Shown here: one piece after another, positions 1 to 10,217 of the stretch
How the letters are laid out: every line of letters begins with the position of its first letter
How positions within the stretch are numbered: position 1 is the first letter of the stretch
The notes under the pieces: model-generated
What the model was told of the DNA's origin: nothing
Seen by the model: only the letters and a program-made list of their open reading frames with translations
Databases searched by the model: none
Source: an uncultured delta proteobacterium
GTDB taxonomy: Bacteria > Myxococcota > Myxococcia > Myxococcales > Myxococcaceae
Assembly (NCBI GenBank): GCA_963776345.1
Contig: CAVZMH010000019.1
Span: 224,001-288,000, forward strand
DNA: 64,000 nucleotides
Direction: 5' to 3'
Program-made: the position numbers and the translations under genes

Positions 1-1184
1 AGGAGCTGGCCCAGTCCATCTGCCACGAGGCGGGGAAGCCCATCACCCTGGCCCGGGCCGAGGTGCGGCGCGCGGTCGAGGTGTTCCGGCTGGCGGCCGC
101 CGAGCTCAGCCGCTTCGGCGGCTCCATCGTCCCGGTGGACCTGGACCCCGGCGCCGAGGGCGTGGAGTGCGAGATCCGCCGCTTCCCCGCCGGGGTGGTG
201 GTGGGGATCGTCCCCTTCAACTTCCCGCTGAACCTCGGGGCCCACAAGGTCGCCCCGGCGCTGGCGGTGGGCGCGCCGATCGTGGTCAAGCCGCCGCCGC
301 AGGCCCCGACCGCGCAGCTGCTCCTGGCCGAGCTCGCGCAGCAGGCGGGCGCCGACCCCGCGGCGCTGCAAGTGCTCACCTGCGACAACGCGGTCGCCGA
401 GCGGCTGGCGACCGACCCCCGGGTGCGGATCCTCTCCTTCACTGGGAGCGCGGCGGTGGGCTGGGCGCTGAAGCAGAAGGCCCCGGGGCGGGTTCTCCTC
501 GAGCTCGGCGGCAATGCCGCAGCCCTGGTGGGCGCCGACGCCGATCTGGACTGGGCGGCCGAGCGCTGCGTGGCCGCGGGGTTCGGCTACGCAGGCCAGG
601 TCTGCATCAAGGTGCAGCGGGTGTTCGTCGAGGCCGAGGCCCACGCCGCATTTCTCGAGGGGCTGCTCGCCCGCGCGAAGGCCGTGCCCACCGGGGACCC
701 CGCCGACGAGCGCACGGTGTGCGGCCCGGTCATCGACGACCGCTCCGCCGAGCGCATCGACGCCTGGGTGGACGAGGCCGTGGCCGGCGGGGCGCGGGTG
801 CTCAGCGGACGGCGCCGGGAAGGGCGGGTGCTGCAGCCCACGGTGCTCGCCGACGTGCCGGAGGAGTCCCGCGCGGCGCGGGAGGAGATCTTCGGCCCCG
901 TGGTCGCGGTGTGGCCGGTGGCGGACTGGGAGGCAGGGCTCCGGGCGGTGAACACGGGGGCCTACGGGCTCCAGGCCGGCGTCTTCACCCGCGAGCTGCG
1001 GCGGGTACGCCAGGCGTTCCACAGGCTCGAGGTGGGCGGGGTCATCGTCAACGACGCGCCGAACCTCCGCAGCGACAACATGCCCTACGGCGGCGTGAAG
1101 CGGAGCGGGCTCGGCCGGGAGGGGGTGCGCTACGCCATGGACGAATTCACCGATGCGCGGGTCCTGGTCACCCGGGCGCGCTGA
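1..1184 (+). CDS. Aldehyde dehydrogenase family protein (5' end lies outside the window)
   Basis: Frame is open from base 3 (ELAQSICHEAGKPI). ALDH motifs PFNFPLNL, FTGS, LELGGN, GQVC (catalytic Cys), EEIFGP, PYGGVKRSG. Confidence 0.93.
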   Translation, partial: ELAQSICHEAGKPITLARAEVRRAVEVFRLAAAELSRFGGSIVPVDLDPGAEGVECEIRRFPAGVVVGIVPFNFPLNLGAHKVAPALAVGAPIVVKPPPQAPTAQLLLAELAQQAGADPAALQVLTCDNAVAERLATDPRVRILSFTGSAAVGWALKQKAPGRVLLELGGNAAALVGADADLDWAAERCVAAGFGYAGQVCIKVQRVFVEAEAHAAFLEGLLARAKAVPTGDPADERTVCGPVIDDRSAERIDAWVDEAVAGGARVLSGRRREGRVLQPTVLADVPEESRAAREEIFGPVVAVWPVADWEAGLRAVNTGAYGLQAGVFTRELRRVRQAFHRLEVGGVIVNDAPNLRSDNMPYGGVKRSGLGREGVRYAMDEFTDARVLVTRAR

Positions 1185-1193
1185 GGCGACCTG

Positions 1194-1616
1194 ATGGCCA
1201 CCTACCGCTGTCCGTCGTGCGGCGCGTTCAACCGGGTGGGCGCCGGGAGTGGTACCCCGGTGTGCGGCCGGTGCAAGCAGCCGCTGCCCACCAGCGGCGC
1301 GCCCCAGGACGTCGACGGCGCCGCGCTCGCCCGGGCCATCGAGGCCTCTCCGGTGCCGCTGCTGGTCGACTTCTGGGCGCCGTGGTGCGGCCCCTGCCGG
1401 GTGGCGGCGCCGCTGTTCGACCAGGTGGCGCGGCGGCTCGCGGGCGAGGCGGTGGTCCTCAAGGTCGACACCGAGGCGAACCCCGACGCCGGGGCACAGC
1501 ATCAGATCCGCGCCATCCCCACCGCGGTGCTCTTCAGCGGGGGGCGCGAGCAGGAGCGCCGGATGGGCGTGCAGCCGGCGCCCTCGCTCGAGGCGTGGCT
1601 GCGCAACGCGGGCTAG
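1194..1616 (+). CDS. trxC: Thioredoxin with N-terminal zinc finger (TrxC/Trx2 type)
   Basis: Two CxxC motifs (CPSC, CGRC) followed by the DFWAPWCGPC active site and IPT cis-Pro motif. Confidence 0.88.
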   Translation: MATYRCPSCGAFNRVGAGSGTPVCGRCKQPLPTSGAPQDVDGAALARAIEASPVPLLVDFWAPWCGPCRVAAPLFDQVARRLAGEAVVLKVDTEANPDAGAQHQIRAIPTAVLFSGGREQERRMGVQPAPSLEAWLRNAG

Positions 1617-1641
1617 GGCCTGGCCCGCCCGGGGGCCCTGC

Positions 1642-1872
1642 TCAGGTCTTCGGCGCGGACGGCCCGGACGAGCCCTTCATCGGCGCGCCGAGCAGCGGCC
1701 CGATGAGGCAGATGTTGAGGAGTCCGGTGGCGATCGGCAGCAAGCCCACCACCGCGAGGATCGTCCCGGCCACCCCCTGCACCACGGACAGCCCGACGTA
1801 GATCAGTACTCCACCGGCGACGACGCGCAGGCCGCGTCCTATCGGGGTGGCCATCCATTCGGCGAAGTGCAT
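1642..1872 (-). CDS. YgaP-like/DUF2892 small membrane protein
   Basis: 76 aa, two hydrophobic helices, GRGLRVVAG...GLLPIATGLLNIC pattern. GGAGG RBS upstream. Confidence 0.75.
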   Translation of the reverse strand: MHFAEWMATPIGRGLRVVAGGVLIYVGLSVVQGVAGTILAVVGLLPIATGLLNICLIGPLLGAPMKGSSGPSAPKT

Positions 1873-1903
1873 GGGACTCCTCCGCGAAGACCCGCTTCCA
1901 GGC

Positions 1904-1932
1904 TGAGAGCCAGGGTGTCACGTCCTGGGTTC
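1904..1932 (-). promoter_or_regulatory. Putative ECF promoter A (GAACC-N17-GCTCTCA) upstream of the YgaP-like gene
   Basis: Minus strand reads GAACC caggacgtgacaccctg GCTCTCA; the motif recurs at three other sites in this module. Confidence 0.7.
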
Positions 1933-1980
1933 GGGAGGAGGCGAAACTTGCGGCACGGCGTGGTTACACTCCCGGGCGTC

Positions 1981-2784
1981 ATGGCGCGGACGGACGAGGA
2001 GCTGCTGCAGGCGGCGCGGGCAGGCGATGACCAGGCCCTGGAGGCGCTGCTCGCCCGGCACGAGCAGAAGGTCTTCCGCTTCGGCCTGCGGATGTGCGGC
2101 AACGAGGAGGACGCCCGCGACGTGCTTCAAGAAACGCTGCTCGCCGCCTTCAAGGGCGTTCGCCAGTTCCGTGGCGACGCCCAGCTCTCGACCTGGCTGT
2201 ACCAGGTGGCCCGGAGCTTCTGCACCAAGGCGCGCCGCCGCGGAGCGGGCGAGCCCGCCCGGCACGAGTCGCTGGAGGGCGCCGCCGCGCGGGAGGTGAG
2301 CGTTCCGGCCTCCGGCCCCGACGAGCGCGCGCATGCCCGCGAGATGGCCCGGGTGCTCCAGGAGGCGCTGCTGGCGCTCCCGGAGTCCCAGCGGGAGGTG
2401 GTGCTCCTCCGGGACGTGGAGGGCCTCAGCGCGGAGGAGGCCGCACGGGTGGTGGGCATCGAGGTGCCGGCGCTCAAGAGTCGGCTGCACCGGGCGCGGC
2501 TGGCGATGCAGGACCGCATCGCAGGGCTGCTCGGCGCCGACTCCGGCCACCCCGCGGCCTGCCCCGAGCTGGCGCGCGAGCTGCTCACCCGGGACGAGGA
2601 CGAGCTGGACCAGGCGGCGTGTGCGCGTCTGGAGCACCACCTCGAGCGCTGTGCCCACTGCGGTCCGGCCTGCGAGGAGCTGAAGCGGTCGGTGTCCCTC
2701 TGCAAGGCGCTCCCCGGCGGCGGGGTGCCGACCGAGGTGCAGTCGAGGGTGCGGAACGCCCTCCGTGCCGCCGTCCAAGGCTGA
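1981..2784 (+). CDS. ECF sigma factor with fused C-terminal ZAS/zf-HC2 zinc-binding domain
   Basis: Region 2 (DARDVLQETLL, FRGDAQLSTWLYQVA), region 4 (LPESQREVVLLRDVEGLSAEEAA..KSRLHRAR), then C-x19-C..HLERCAHC (HxxxCxxC). ATG at 1981. Confidence 0.88.
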   Translation: MARTDEELLQAARAGDDQALEALLARHEQKVFRFGLRMCGNEEDARDVLQETLLAAFKGVRQFRGDAQLSTWLYQVARSFCTKARRRGAGEPARHESLEGAAAREVSVPASGPDERAHAREMARVLQEALLALPESQREVVLLRDVEGLSAEEAARVVGIEVPALKSRLHRARLAMQDRIAGLLGADSGHPAACPELARELLTRDEDELDQAACARLEHHLERCAHCGPACEELKRSVSLCKALPGGGVPTEVQSRVRNALRAAVQG

Positions 2785-2796
2785 GCCGCCCTTCGC

Positions 2797-2825
2797 GAAC
2801 CCAACGCCTCGCTCCCGGGCTCTCA
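2797..2825 (+). promoter_or_regulatory. Putative ECF promoter B (GAACC-N17-GCTCTCA) upstream of the second thioredoxin
   Basis: GAACC caacgcctcgctcccgg GCTCTCA, followed by GGAGG at 2832-2836. Confidence 0.7.
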
Positions 2826-2844
2826 TGCTCCGGAGGTGATCGCG

Positions 2845-3300
2845 GTGGACGTGTACCGTTGTCCCGGGTGCGGCCACTTCGCGCCCGTCGACGCCGAGGC
2901 TCCCAGCGTGCACGGATGCCCGGGGTGCGGTGGGGCGGTCTCCGCCGAGGGAGACCCGCAGGCCGTCTCGCTCACCGCGCTGGGTGAGGCCATCCACGCC
3001 GCCCCCATCCCGCTCCTGGTGGAGTTCTGGGCGCCGGACTGCGAGCCGTGTCTCGCCTCTTCCCTGGTGCTCGACGCGGTCGGCCACCGGCTCGCGGGCG
3101 ACGCCGTGGTGCTCCGGATCGACGTCGAGGAGAACCCCGAAGCCTGCGAGGCGTACGGCGTCCTGGCCGTGCCCACGGTGGTGCTGTTCAGCGCCGGGAA
3201 GGAGCGAGGTCGCCGCGTCGGCCCGCTCCAGGCGCGGGCGCTCGAGGAGTGGGTCCACACCGCCGGGCGGGCCCCGCTCGCTCCCGGTGCTCGCGCCTGA
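2845..3300 (+). CDS. Thioredoxin paralog with zinc finger and atypical CEPC active site
   Basis: CPGC x2, EFWAPDCEPC, VPT. GTG at 2845 follows GGAGG and aligns with the start of the 1194 paralog (the ORF track starts it at 2836). Confidence 0.8.
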   Translation: MDVYRCPGCGHFAPVDAEAPSVHGCPGCGGAVSAEGDPQAVSLTALGEAIHAAPIPLLVEFWAPDCEPCLASSLVLDAVGHRLAGDAVVLRIDVEENPEACEAYGVLAVPTVVLFSAGKERGRRVGPLQARALEEWVHTAGRAPLAPGARA

Positions 3301-3330
3301 CCGGGGGCAGCCCCGGGGCCCACCTTGCCG

Positions 3331-4252
3331 CTACTTCCCGGGAGCGCCGGCCTTCTGAACCGCTTCGGGGACGGTGTCCCATTTCCCGCGCACGTCGATG
3401 GCCTGGATGCACTCCGCCTCGCACCGCACCGAGTGGGGCTTCCCGCCCTTGATCCAGTAGAACGAGCCAGGCGGCAGCCTGGTCTCCTTCCCGTCGACGG
3501 TAAGAAGGACGGTGCCCGAGAGGACGTACCCGCCGTGATCCGACGTGTGGTGGTGCGGGCCGCCGTCGAAGTTCTTCGCGTACTTGAGGAAGAAGTGACT
3601 GGGCCAGGTGACCCGTCTTCGGGTCACCTTCGACCACCGCCTGCCAGGCCCCAGGCCTGCTCGGGTTCTCGTTCCATTTCGAGATCGCCCGGAACGACGA
3701 GCGTCGCTCCGGTCAGTCCACGACGAACCATGCGCAACCCCCTTCGGAGGCGCGCAGGTTGCCAATCCGCGATGCTCGTCCAGAGCGAGATCGCTGCGTG
3801 CAGGGCGACAGAGCCACGCGCTGGGGCGCTGGGCACAACCCGGGAGGCGTCGGCAGAGCCGCTCGCGGTCAGGTGTCCCATTTCCCGCGCACGTCGATGG
3901 CCTGGATGCACTCCGCCTCGCACCGCACCGAGTGGGGCTTCCCGCCCTTGATCCAGTAGAACGAGCCAGGCGGCAGCCTGGTCTCCTTCCCGTCGACGGT
4001 GAGGAGGACGGTGCCCGAGAGGACGTACCCGCCGTGATCCGACGTGTGGTGGTGCGGGCCGCCGTCGAAGTTCTTCGCGTACTTGAGGAAGAAGTGACTG
4101 GGCCCCGTCTTCGGGTCACCTTCGACCACCGCCTGCCAGGCCCCGGGCCTGCTCGGGTTCTCGTTCCATTTCAGATCGCCCGGAACGACGAGCGTCGCGC
4201 CGGTGGTGCTCTCCTCGGCGCTGGCGACCAGTTCACGACGAACCATGCGCAA
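3331..4252 (-). pseudogene. Cupin-domain protein (DUF4437-like) present as two imperfect tandem copies, neither complete
   Basis: Cupin motifs PHHHTSD..GYVLSG and GSFYWIKGGKPHSVRC. Copy 3869-4252 lacks the C-terminal tail; the copy ending at 3331 is frameshifted at its N-terminus. Confidence 0.65.
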
Positions 4253-4394
4253 CCCCCTTCGGAGGCCCGCAGGTTGCCAATCCCGCGATTGCTCGTCCAG
4301 AGCGAGATCGTTGCGTGCAGGGCGACAGAGGCACGCGCTGGGGCGGCGGGCACAACCCCGGGGGGGGGCGTCGGCAGAGCCGCTCCGCGGTCAG
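3373..4394. repeat. Head-to-tail direct duplication of ~500 bp (about 3373-3872 and 3873-4394)
   Basis: Long identical stretches (gtgtcccatttcccgcgcacgtcgatgg... to ...gcggtcag) differing mainly by small indels. Confidence 0.92.
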
Positions 4395-4626
4395 CGCTCT
4401 CGCCGGCCATGTCCGCCGGCCCACCGGACGACCGTGCCGATTGCGATTCCGGAGGTGGCGTCGACGCGTCCAGGGCAGATCCTCGCCATGACGCGCTCCT
4501 TTCGGCCCCGTCCGGACGCGCTGCCGGGCGCCACTCGGTGGCACCATGCCAGAACGCCCGCCGCGGCCGTCATCCCCCGGCTTGCCCACGCGAGAGCTTC
4601 CGCGCCGGTCGTCGAGCTCCCCGGCG

Positions 4627-7600
4627 TTACAGGGGCTTGGGGCTCAGCGCTCCGTGCGCTGGCGGAGCGGCGGAGGGTTCCATCACCACCACCGGCGCGC
4701 CCGGCCCGAGCGCGAACCGGCGCGCGAGCACGGTGTAGAGGACCGGCACTGCGATGCGTGAGAGGAGCGTCGCCGCCACCTCTCCGGCCATCATGCTGAT
4801 CGCCAGCCCCTGGAAGATGGGATCGGCCAGCATCACTGCGCTCCCCACGACCACCGCCGCCGCGGTGAGCAGCATCGGCCGGAAGCGGACGACACCCGCC
4901 TCCTCCACCGCCGCCTCCAGCGGCATCCCCTCCGAAATCTTGAGGCGGATGAAGTCCACCAGGATGATGCTGTTCCGGACGATGATGCCTGCCCCGGCGA
5001 TGAAGCCGATCATGCTGGTGGCGGTGAAGAACGCCCCGAGCAGGCCGTGCGCCGGCAGGATGCCGATCAGGCTGAGGGGGATCGGCAGCAGCACCACCCA
5101 GGGCACCACGAAGCTGTCGAACCAGCCGACGACCAGGACGTAGATCAGCACCAGCACCGCGGCGAAGGCCAGACCGAGGTCCCGGAACACCTCCAGCGTG
5201 ATGTGCCACTCGCCGTCCCACTTCATCGACAGCTTCTCGGTGTCGGCGGGCATGGAGAGGCCGTACCGGGGCACCGTCTCGCCGTGCGGGTGAAGGGCGT
5301 CGAGCTTCCGGTTCAGGTCCATCAGCGCGTAGACCGGGCTCTCCTCCTTCCCCGAGAGCTCGCCGAAGACGTAGCTCACCGGCTCCAGGTTCTTGTGGAA
5401 GCGACGGCTCGCCCCCCGCCTCGGCCGGGCGGACCAGCGTCTCCAGCGGGACTGCCCCGCGCTCGCCCTGCACGGGGATCTGCAGCAGATCGCCCAGGCG
5501 GGCCCGCTGGGCAGGCGCGAGCCCGAGCACGATGGGAACCCGGGTGGTCCCCCGGTCGGTCCGCACCGTCCCCAGCTCCGTCGTGGGCTGGGTCAGCGCC
5601 AGCGCCTCCACCACCGCGGCCGGGTTCACGCCCTGCAGCGCCGCCCGCTCGCGGTCCACCCGGAGCAGGGTGCGCGGGGTGACCGGCTCGAGCGACGAGT
5701 CCACGTCCACCACGCCCGGGGTGCTGCGGAAGGCGTCTCGCACCTGGGCGGCGTAGGCGTCGCGCTCGGCGCCGCTCGGTCCGTAGATCTCGGCCACCAG
5801 GGTGGCCAGGACCGGCGGCCCCGGGGGGATCTCCACCAGCCGGAGCCGGGCCCCGAGCGGTGCGGTGACGGCGGTGAGCTTGGGGCGGAGCGCGCTCGCG
5901 ATCTGATGACTGGAGCGCTTCCGCTCGTGCTTGCTCGCCAGCTGCACCGCGAGGTCCACCTGCTCGGGCGATCCGCGGAGGAAGCTGTGGCGCACCAGGC
6001 CCACGAAGGTGAAGGGGGCCGGGGTGAGCGAGTGCACCTGCACCGAGTGCACGTCAGGGTCCTCCATCAGCGTCCGCCCCAGGCGCTCGCCCACTGCCAG
6101 CGCCTGCTCCCGGGTGCCCCCGGCCGGCAGATCCACGAAGACCTGGAACTCGGATTTGTTGTCGAAGGGCAGCATCTTCACCCGGACGAAGCCGATTCCG
6201 ACCAGAGTCACCGCCCCGGCGAAGAGGGCGAGGATCAGCGCCAGGAAGCCGAGCCGGGCCTTTCCCGAGTGGAGCAGGGTGCGGATGATCCGGCGGTAGA
6301 GCCGCGTGGACCAGGTCTCGCGGGGGACGTCGGACGCGACCTTGTGGTCGTGGCCCAGCAGGCGCAGCGCCGCCCAGGGGGCGACCACGAAGGCCACCGC
6401 CAGCGAGAAGAGCATCGCCAGGCTGGCCCCCGTGGGGATGGGGCGCATGTAGGGCCCCATCAGCCCGCGGACGAAGGCCATGGGGAGGATGGCGGCGATG
6501 ACCGCGAAGGTCGCGAGGATGGTGGGGTTGCCCACCTCGTCGACCGCGTTGAGCACCGTGCGGGCGAGCCCGGTCTTCCGGCCCGGCTCGAAGAGGTGGC
6601 GGTGCACGTTCTCCACCACCACGATCGCGTCGTCCACCAGGATCCCGATGGAGAAGATCAGCGCGAAGAGGGTGATCCGGTTCAGGGTGTGGCCGAGCAG
6701 CTGGTTGATGACCAGGGTCAGCGCCAGGGTCACCGGGACGGCGATCCCCACCACCACCGCCGAGCGCCAGCCCATCGCCAGCCACACCAGGGCCACCACC
6801 GAGAAGGTGGCCACCAGGAGATGGCGGATCAGCTCGTTCGAGCGCTCGCGGGCGGTCTCGCCCGAGTTCCGGGTCAGCTCGGCGTGGACGCTGGCGGGGA
6901 TGAGACCGCCGCGCAGCGCCTGCAGCTTGGTGTTCACCTGGTCAGCGAGGATGGTGGCGTTGGCCCCCCTCCGCTTGGCCACGTCCACCGAGACCGCCTG
7001 CTCGAAGCCCGGGTGCTCCCTGCTCGCGGTGAGGACGATGGCCGGATCGCGCTCCGGCCCGTCGGTCACCTGCGCCACGTCGCCGAGGAGGACCGGCCGT
7101 CCGCCGCGGCGGGCGACCACCAGGCGCTGAAGCGCCTCGGGGCCGCTGACCGCGCTGCTGGCCGAGAGCTCCACCCGCTTGCCCTGGTCCACCAGGCTTC
7201 CGGCGGGGGCCTCGGCGTCGGTGGCCTGGAGCGCCTGGCGGATCTCCCCGAGCGAGAGGTCCAGCTCGCGGAGCCGCCTCGGATCGGGCTCCACCCGGAC
7301 CACCCGGCGTGCCCCGCCCAGCACCTGGACCTGGGCCGCCTCGGGGATGCTCCCCAGCTCCCGGGCCACCTCCTGGCCGAGCTGGCGAAGGACCCCCGGC
7401 GCCAGGTCGCCGCCGTGGAGGGTGACCGTCACCACCGGCACGTCGTCGATCGAGAGCAGGGTGACGGTGGGCCGTCCGGCCCGCGGCGGGAACAGCTCGG
7501 GATGGGCCTCGAGCTCCTGGCGCACCTTCACCAGGCTCGGCTCCAGCGGCTCGTTGACCTTGAAGCGGGCGGTGAGCAGCGCGCCGTCGCTGGCGCTGGT

Positions 7601-7870
7601 CGAGTAGACGTACTCCACGCCGGGGATGCCCCACAGCCGGTGCTCCAGCGCGGTCGTCACCTCGGACTCCACCTCGGCCGGGGAGGCGCCGGGGAGGGGG
7701 ACGAAGACGTCCACCATCGGGACGATGATCTGCGGCTCCTCCTCGCGGGGCGTGGTGAGCACCGACGCCACGCCCACCACCAGCGCCGCGCCCACCCCGA
7801 GCACGGTCAGCCGGGAGTTGATGGTCTTCGCCGCCAGTCGGCCGGCGAGACCCGCGCGCGGCTCAGTCAC
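4627..7870 (-). CDS. RND efflux transporter permease (AcrB/AcrD/AcrF family), one frameshift near 5400
   Basis: [47 protein letters not shown]. The two ORF halves join at ...[14 protein letters not shown]. Confidence 0.9.
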
Positions 7871-8855
7871 CCGCCACCTCCACCCGCTGCCCGTCACGGA
7901 GCCCCGCCGGGCCGTCGATGATCCGCTCGCCGGGCGCGAGGCCGGCCAGCACCGGAAGCTGATCTCCCTCGGGCTCGCCGAAGCGCAGCCAGCGGAGCGT
8001 GGCCCGGCCGTCGGAGACGACGAAGACCCCGCTCAGGTCTCCGCGCTGGACCAGCGCCGTCCGCGGGACGACCCGCCGGGGCCCGCCGGCGCCGCGGATG
8101 CCGATCCGTCCGAAGTCGCCGCTCCGCAGCGCTGGCGCGTCCTTCGTCGGCCGGGCCCGGAAGGCGCTCCGGTGCGAGAGCGGATCGCCTCCCGACGAGA
8201 GCGCCACCAGCGCCGCCGTCCCCTGGAGGGTCCCGACGCGGAACGGCACCTCGGCGCCCACGGCCAGACCCGCGCTCTCCGTCTCGGAGAGCGTCCCGGT
8301 GAGCTCCAGCGCGGTGCCGTCCAGCTCCACCAGCGGCGCGCCGGGACCGACCAGCGCGCCCCGGCTCACCCACTTGCGCTGCACCACCGCATCGAACGGC
8401 GCGCGGATCGCGGTGTCCGCCAGGGTGGCCCGCGCGGCCTCCACCCGGGCCACCGCCTCCGCCCGTGCGGTCATCGCCGCGTCGATCTCGGTGGCGGTCG
8501 CGGCGCTGGCCGACCTGAGCGACTGGATGCGCCGGACCTGGGACTCGGCCACCTCGAGCTGGCTCTCCGCGGCCCGGAGCGTCGCCTGGACGTCCTCGCC
8601 GGAGAGGCGCACCAGGACGTCTCCGCGGCGGACGCGTGCGCCCTCGTTGACCGAGAGCTCGGTCACCCGGGCGGAGACGCGGGTGGCGAGCACCGCGTGG
8701 TCCACCGCACTGACGGTGGCCGGGACCCAGGTGCGCTCGCCGAGATCCTCGGAGGGCACCAGCCGGACCTTCGCCGCCGGAGTCTCCGGAGCGGGCGGCG
8801 GATGGCTGGCGCTGCAGCCGGCCACGAGCAGGACGAGAACGGCGAGTGGCTTCAC
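7863..8855 (-). CDS. RND periplasmic adaptor (membrane fusion protein), lipoprotein
   Basis: Lipobox LVAGC, lipoyl-like VNEGARVRRGDVLV, IRAPFDAVV, VPRTALVQRG, GLAPGERII. Overlaps both neighbouring genes. Confidence 0.88.
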   Translation of the reverse strand: MKPLAVLVLLVAGCSASHPPPAPETPAAKVRLVPSEDLGERTWVPATVSAVDHAVLATRVSARVTELSVNEGARVRRGDVLVRLSGEDVQATLRAAESQLEVAESQVRRIQSLRSASAATATEIDAAMTARAEAVARVEAARATLADTAIRAPFDAVVQRKWVSRGALVGPGAPLVELDGTALELTGTLSETESAGLAVGAEVPFRVGTLQGTAALVALSSGGDPLSHRSAFRARPTKDAPALRSGDFGRIGIRGAGGPRRVVPRTALVQRGDLSGVFVVSDGRATLRWLRFGEPEGDQLPVLAGLAPGERIIDGPAGLRDGQRVEVAGD

Positions 8856-10165
8856 GGGCGGACTCCTTCGACGGGTTGACCCGAGGCGTGCTCCAGCTCC
8901 GCCCGGGCGAGGCGGGCCTGCAGCGCGCTGCGCAGCAGTAGCGCCCGCGCCGAGGTCAGGCCAGTCTCGGCATCCAGCAGCTCGGTGAGTGGAATCAAGC
9001 CCTGGCGATGGCGCGCCTGGCGGAGCGTGCGGGTCTCCTCCGACGCCGTCACCGCGGTGCGGGCGGCCTCGAGCGCCGTGCCCGCGGCGGTGACCGAGGC
9101 CCTCGCCTGCTCCAGCTCGGCGTTCAGCATCCGGTCCTGCGCGACCCGCCGGGCCTCCGCGGCCGCGCGGGCGGCGTCGGCGGCGTCCGCCGCCTTGAAG
9201 CTCGCGACGGAACCTCGCCACTGGAGGACCAGGAAGCCCATTCCCCAGACGTTTCCCTCGTTGACGCCGGCGCGCTCGGTGGCCACCCCGCCCTGCAGCG
9301 CCAGGGTGGGCCAGAGCAGTCCGTGGGCCTCGTCCGCGGCGGCGACCTGGACGGCCACGTTGGCGCGCGCCGCCTTCGCCTCGGGACGCTCCTCGACCGA
9401 GGCCTCGGCCTGGGCCTCCGGCGGGACCAGCGGAGTCACCAGCGTCCCGGGCGCGGCGTCCTGCCCGACGAGGAGCATGAACCCGGTCCGGGCCTGGGCG
9501 AGCTGGCGCATCGCCGCCGCGCGCTCGGCCTCGGCCTGCGCCCGGTAGGCGGTGCTCCGCGAGCCCTCGGAGGCCAGCAGGAGGTCCTGCGCGACGCGGG
9601 CGTGGACGAAGGTCTCGGTCTCGCGCGCCGCCCGCACGGCGTCGTCGGCGTAGGCCAGCGCCTCCTCGGCCGCGCGGACGGAGAAGTAGGCCCGGAGCGT
9701 CTCCAGCGCGACCTGGGCCTGCATCACCTCCCGCGAGGCCTGCTCGGCGTCGGCGCCGGCGTGGGCCCGTCGGCTCGCCGCCCAGAGCGCGGGCGCGATG
9801 AGCGGCTGCTCCACCACGGCCGAGAGGCCGAAGCTGCCGAGCGCGGTGGGGGTGTTGAGCCGGGCGGGATCGAAGTCGGACGCCGTCACCTGGCCCTGGT
9901 CCAGGAGGAGCGCGAACCGGTGCGAGGGCTGGGAGGTGACGGTCCCCGTCGCCCCGAGGACGACGGTGGGTCCGAGGGACCAGTCCGCCGCCTCGGCGCC
10001 GCGGGTGGCGGAGGTGGCCTGGGCGGAGGAGGCCTGGAGCCGGGCCTCGTGGTTCCAGGCGGAGCGGATGGCATCGGTGACGGTCAGCTCCGGCGCGGCG
10101 AGCGCGGCCGGGGACGCGAGGAGCCCGGCGAGCAGGAGCCCGGAGGTGGTGGCGCGAGGTGTCAT
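8852..10165 (-). CDS. TolC-family outer membrane efflux protein
   Basis: Signal peptide, alanine-rich helical repeats, RQGLIPLTELLDAE motif; first gene of a TolC-MFP-RND operon. Confidence 0.85.
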   Translation of the reverse strand: MTPRATTSGLLLAGLLASPAALAAPELTVTDAIRSAWNHEARLQASSAQATSATRGAEAADWSLGPTVVLGATGTVTSQPSHRFALLLDQGQVTASDFDPARLNTPTALGSFGLSAVVEQPLIAPALWAASRRAHAGADAEQASREVMQAQVALETLRAYFSVRAAEEALAYADDAVRAARETETFVHARVAQDLLLASEGSRSTAYRAQAEAERAAAMRQLAQARTGFMLLVGQDAAPGTLVTPLVPPEAQAEASVEERPEAKAARANVAVQVAAADEAHGLLWPTLALQGGVATERAGVNEGNVWGMGFLVLQWRGSVASFKAADAADAARAAAEARRVAQDRMLNAELEQARASVTAAGTALEAARTAVTASEETRTLRQARHRQGLIPLTELLDAETGLTSARALLLRSALQARLARAELEHASGQPVEGVRP

Positions 10166-10175
10166 GGGCGCCGGC

Positions 10176-10203
10176 TGAGAGCCGGGACCGCCCCCGGAGA
10201 TTC
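10176..10203 (-). promoter_or_regulatory. Putative ECF promoter C (GAATC-N16-GCTCTCA) directly upstream of the TolC gene
   Basis: Minus strand reads GAATC tccgggggcggtcccg GCTCTCA, ending 10 nt before the ATG at 10165. Confidence 0.6.
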
Positions 10204-10217
10204 GCGCCCGGCTGCGG

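Noticed and set aside
1940..1975. Autoregulatory copy of the ECF motif upstream of the sigma gene
   Set aside because: GAAAC is present, but the GCTCTCA element is absent; TACACT looks like a housekeeping -10.
5390..5410. Programmed ribosomal frameshifting in the RND gene
   Set aside because: No X-XXY-YYZ slippery site and no precedent I know of; a sequencing error is more parsimonious.
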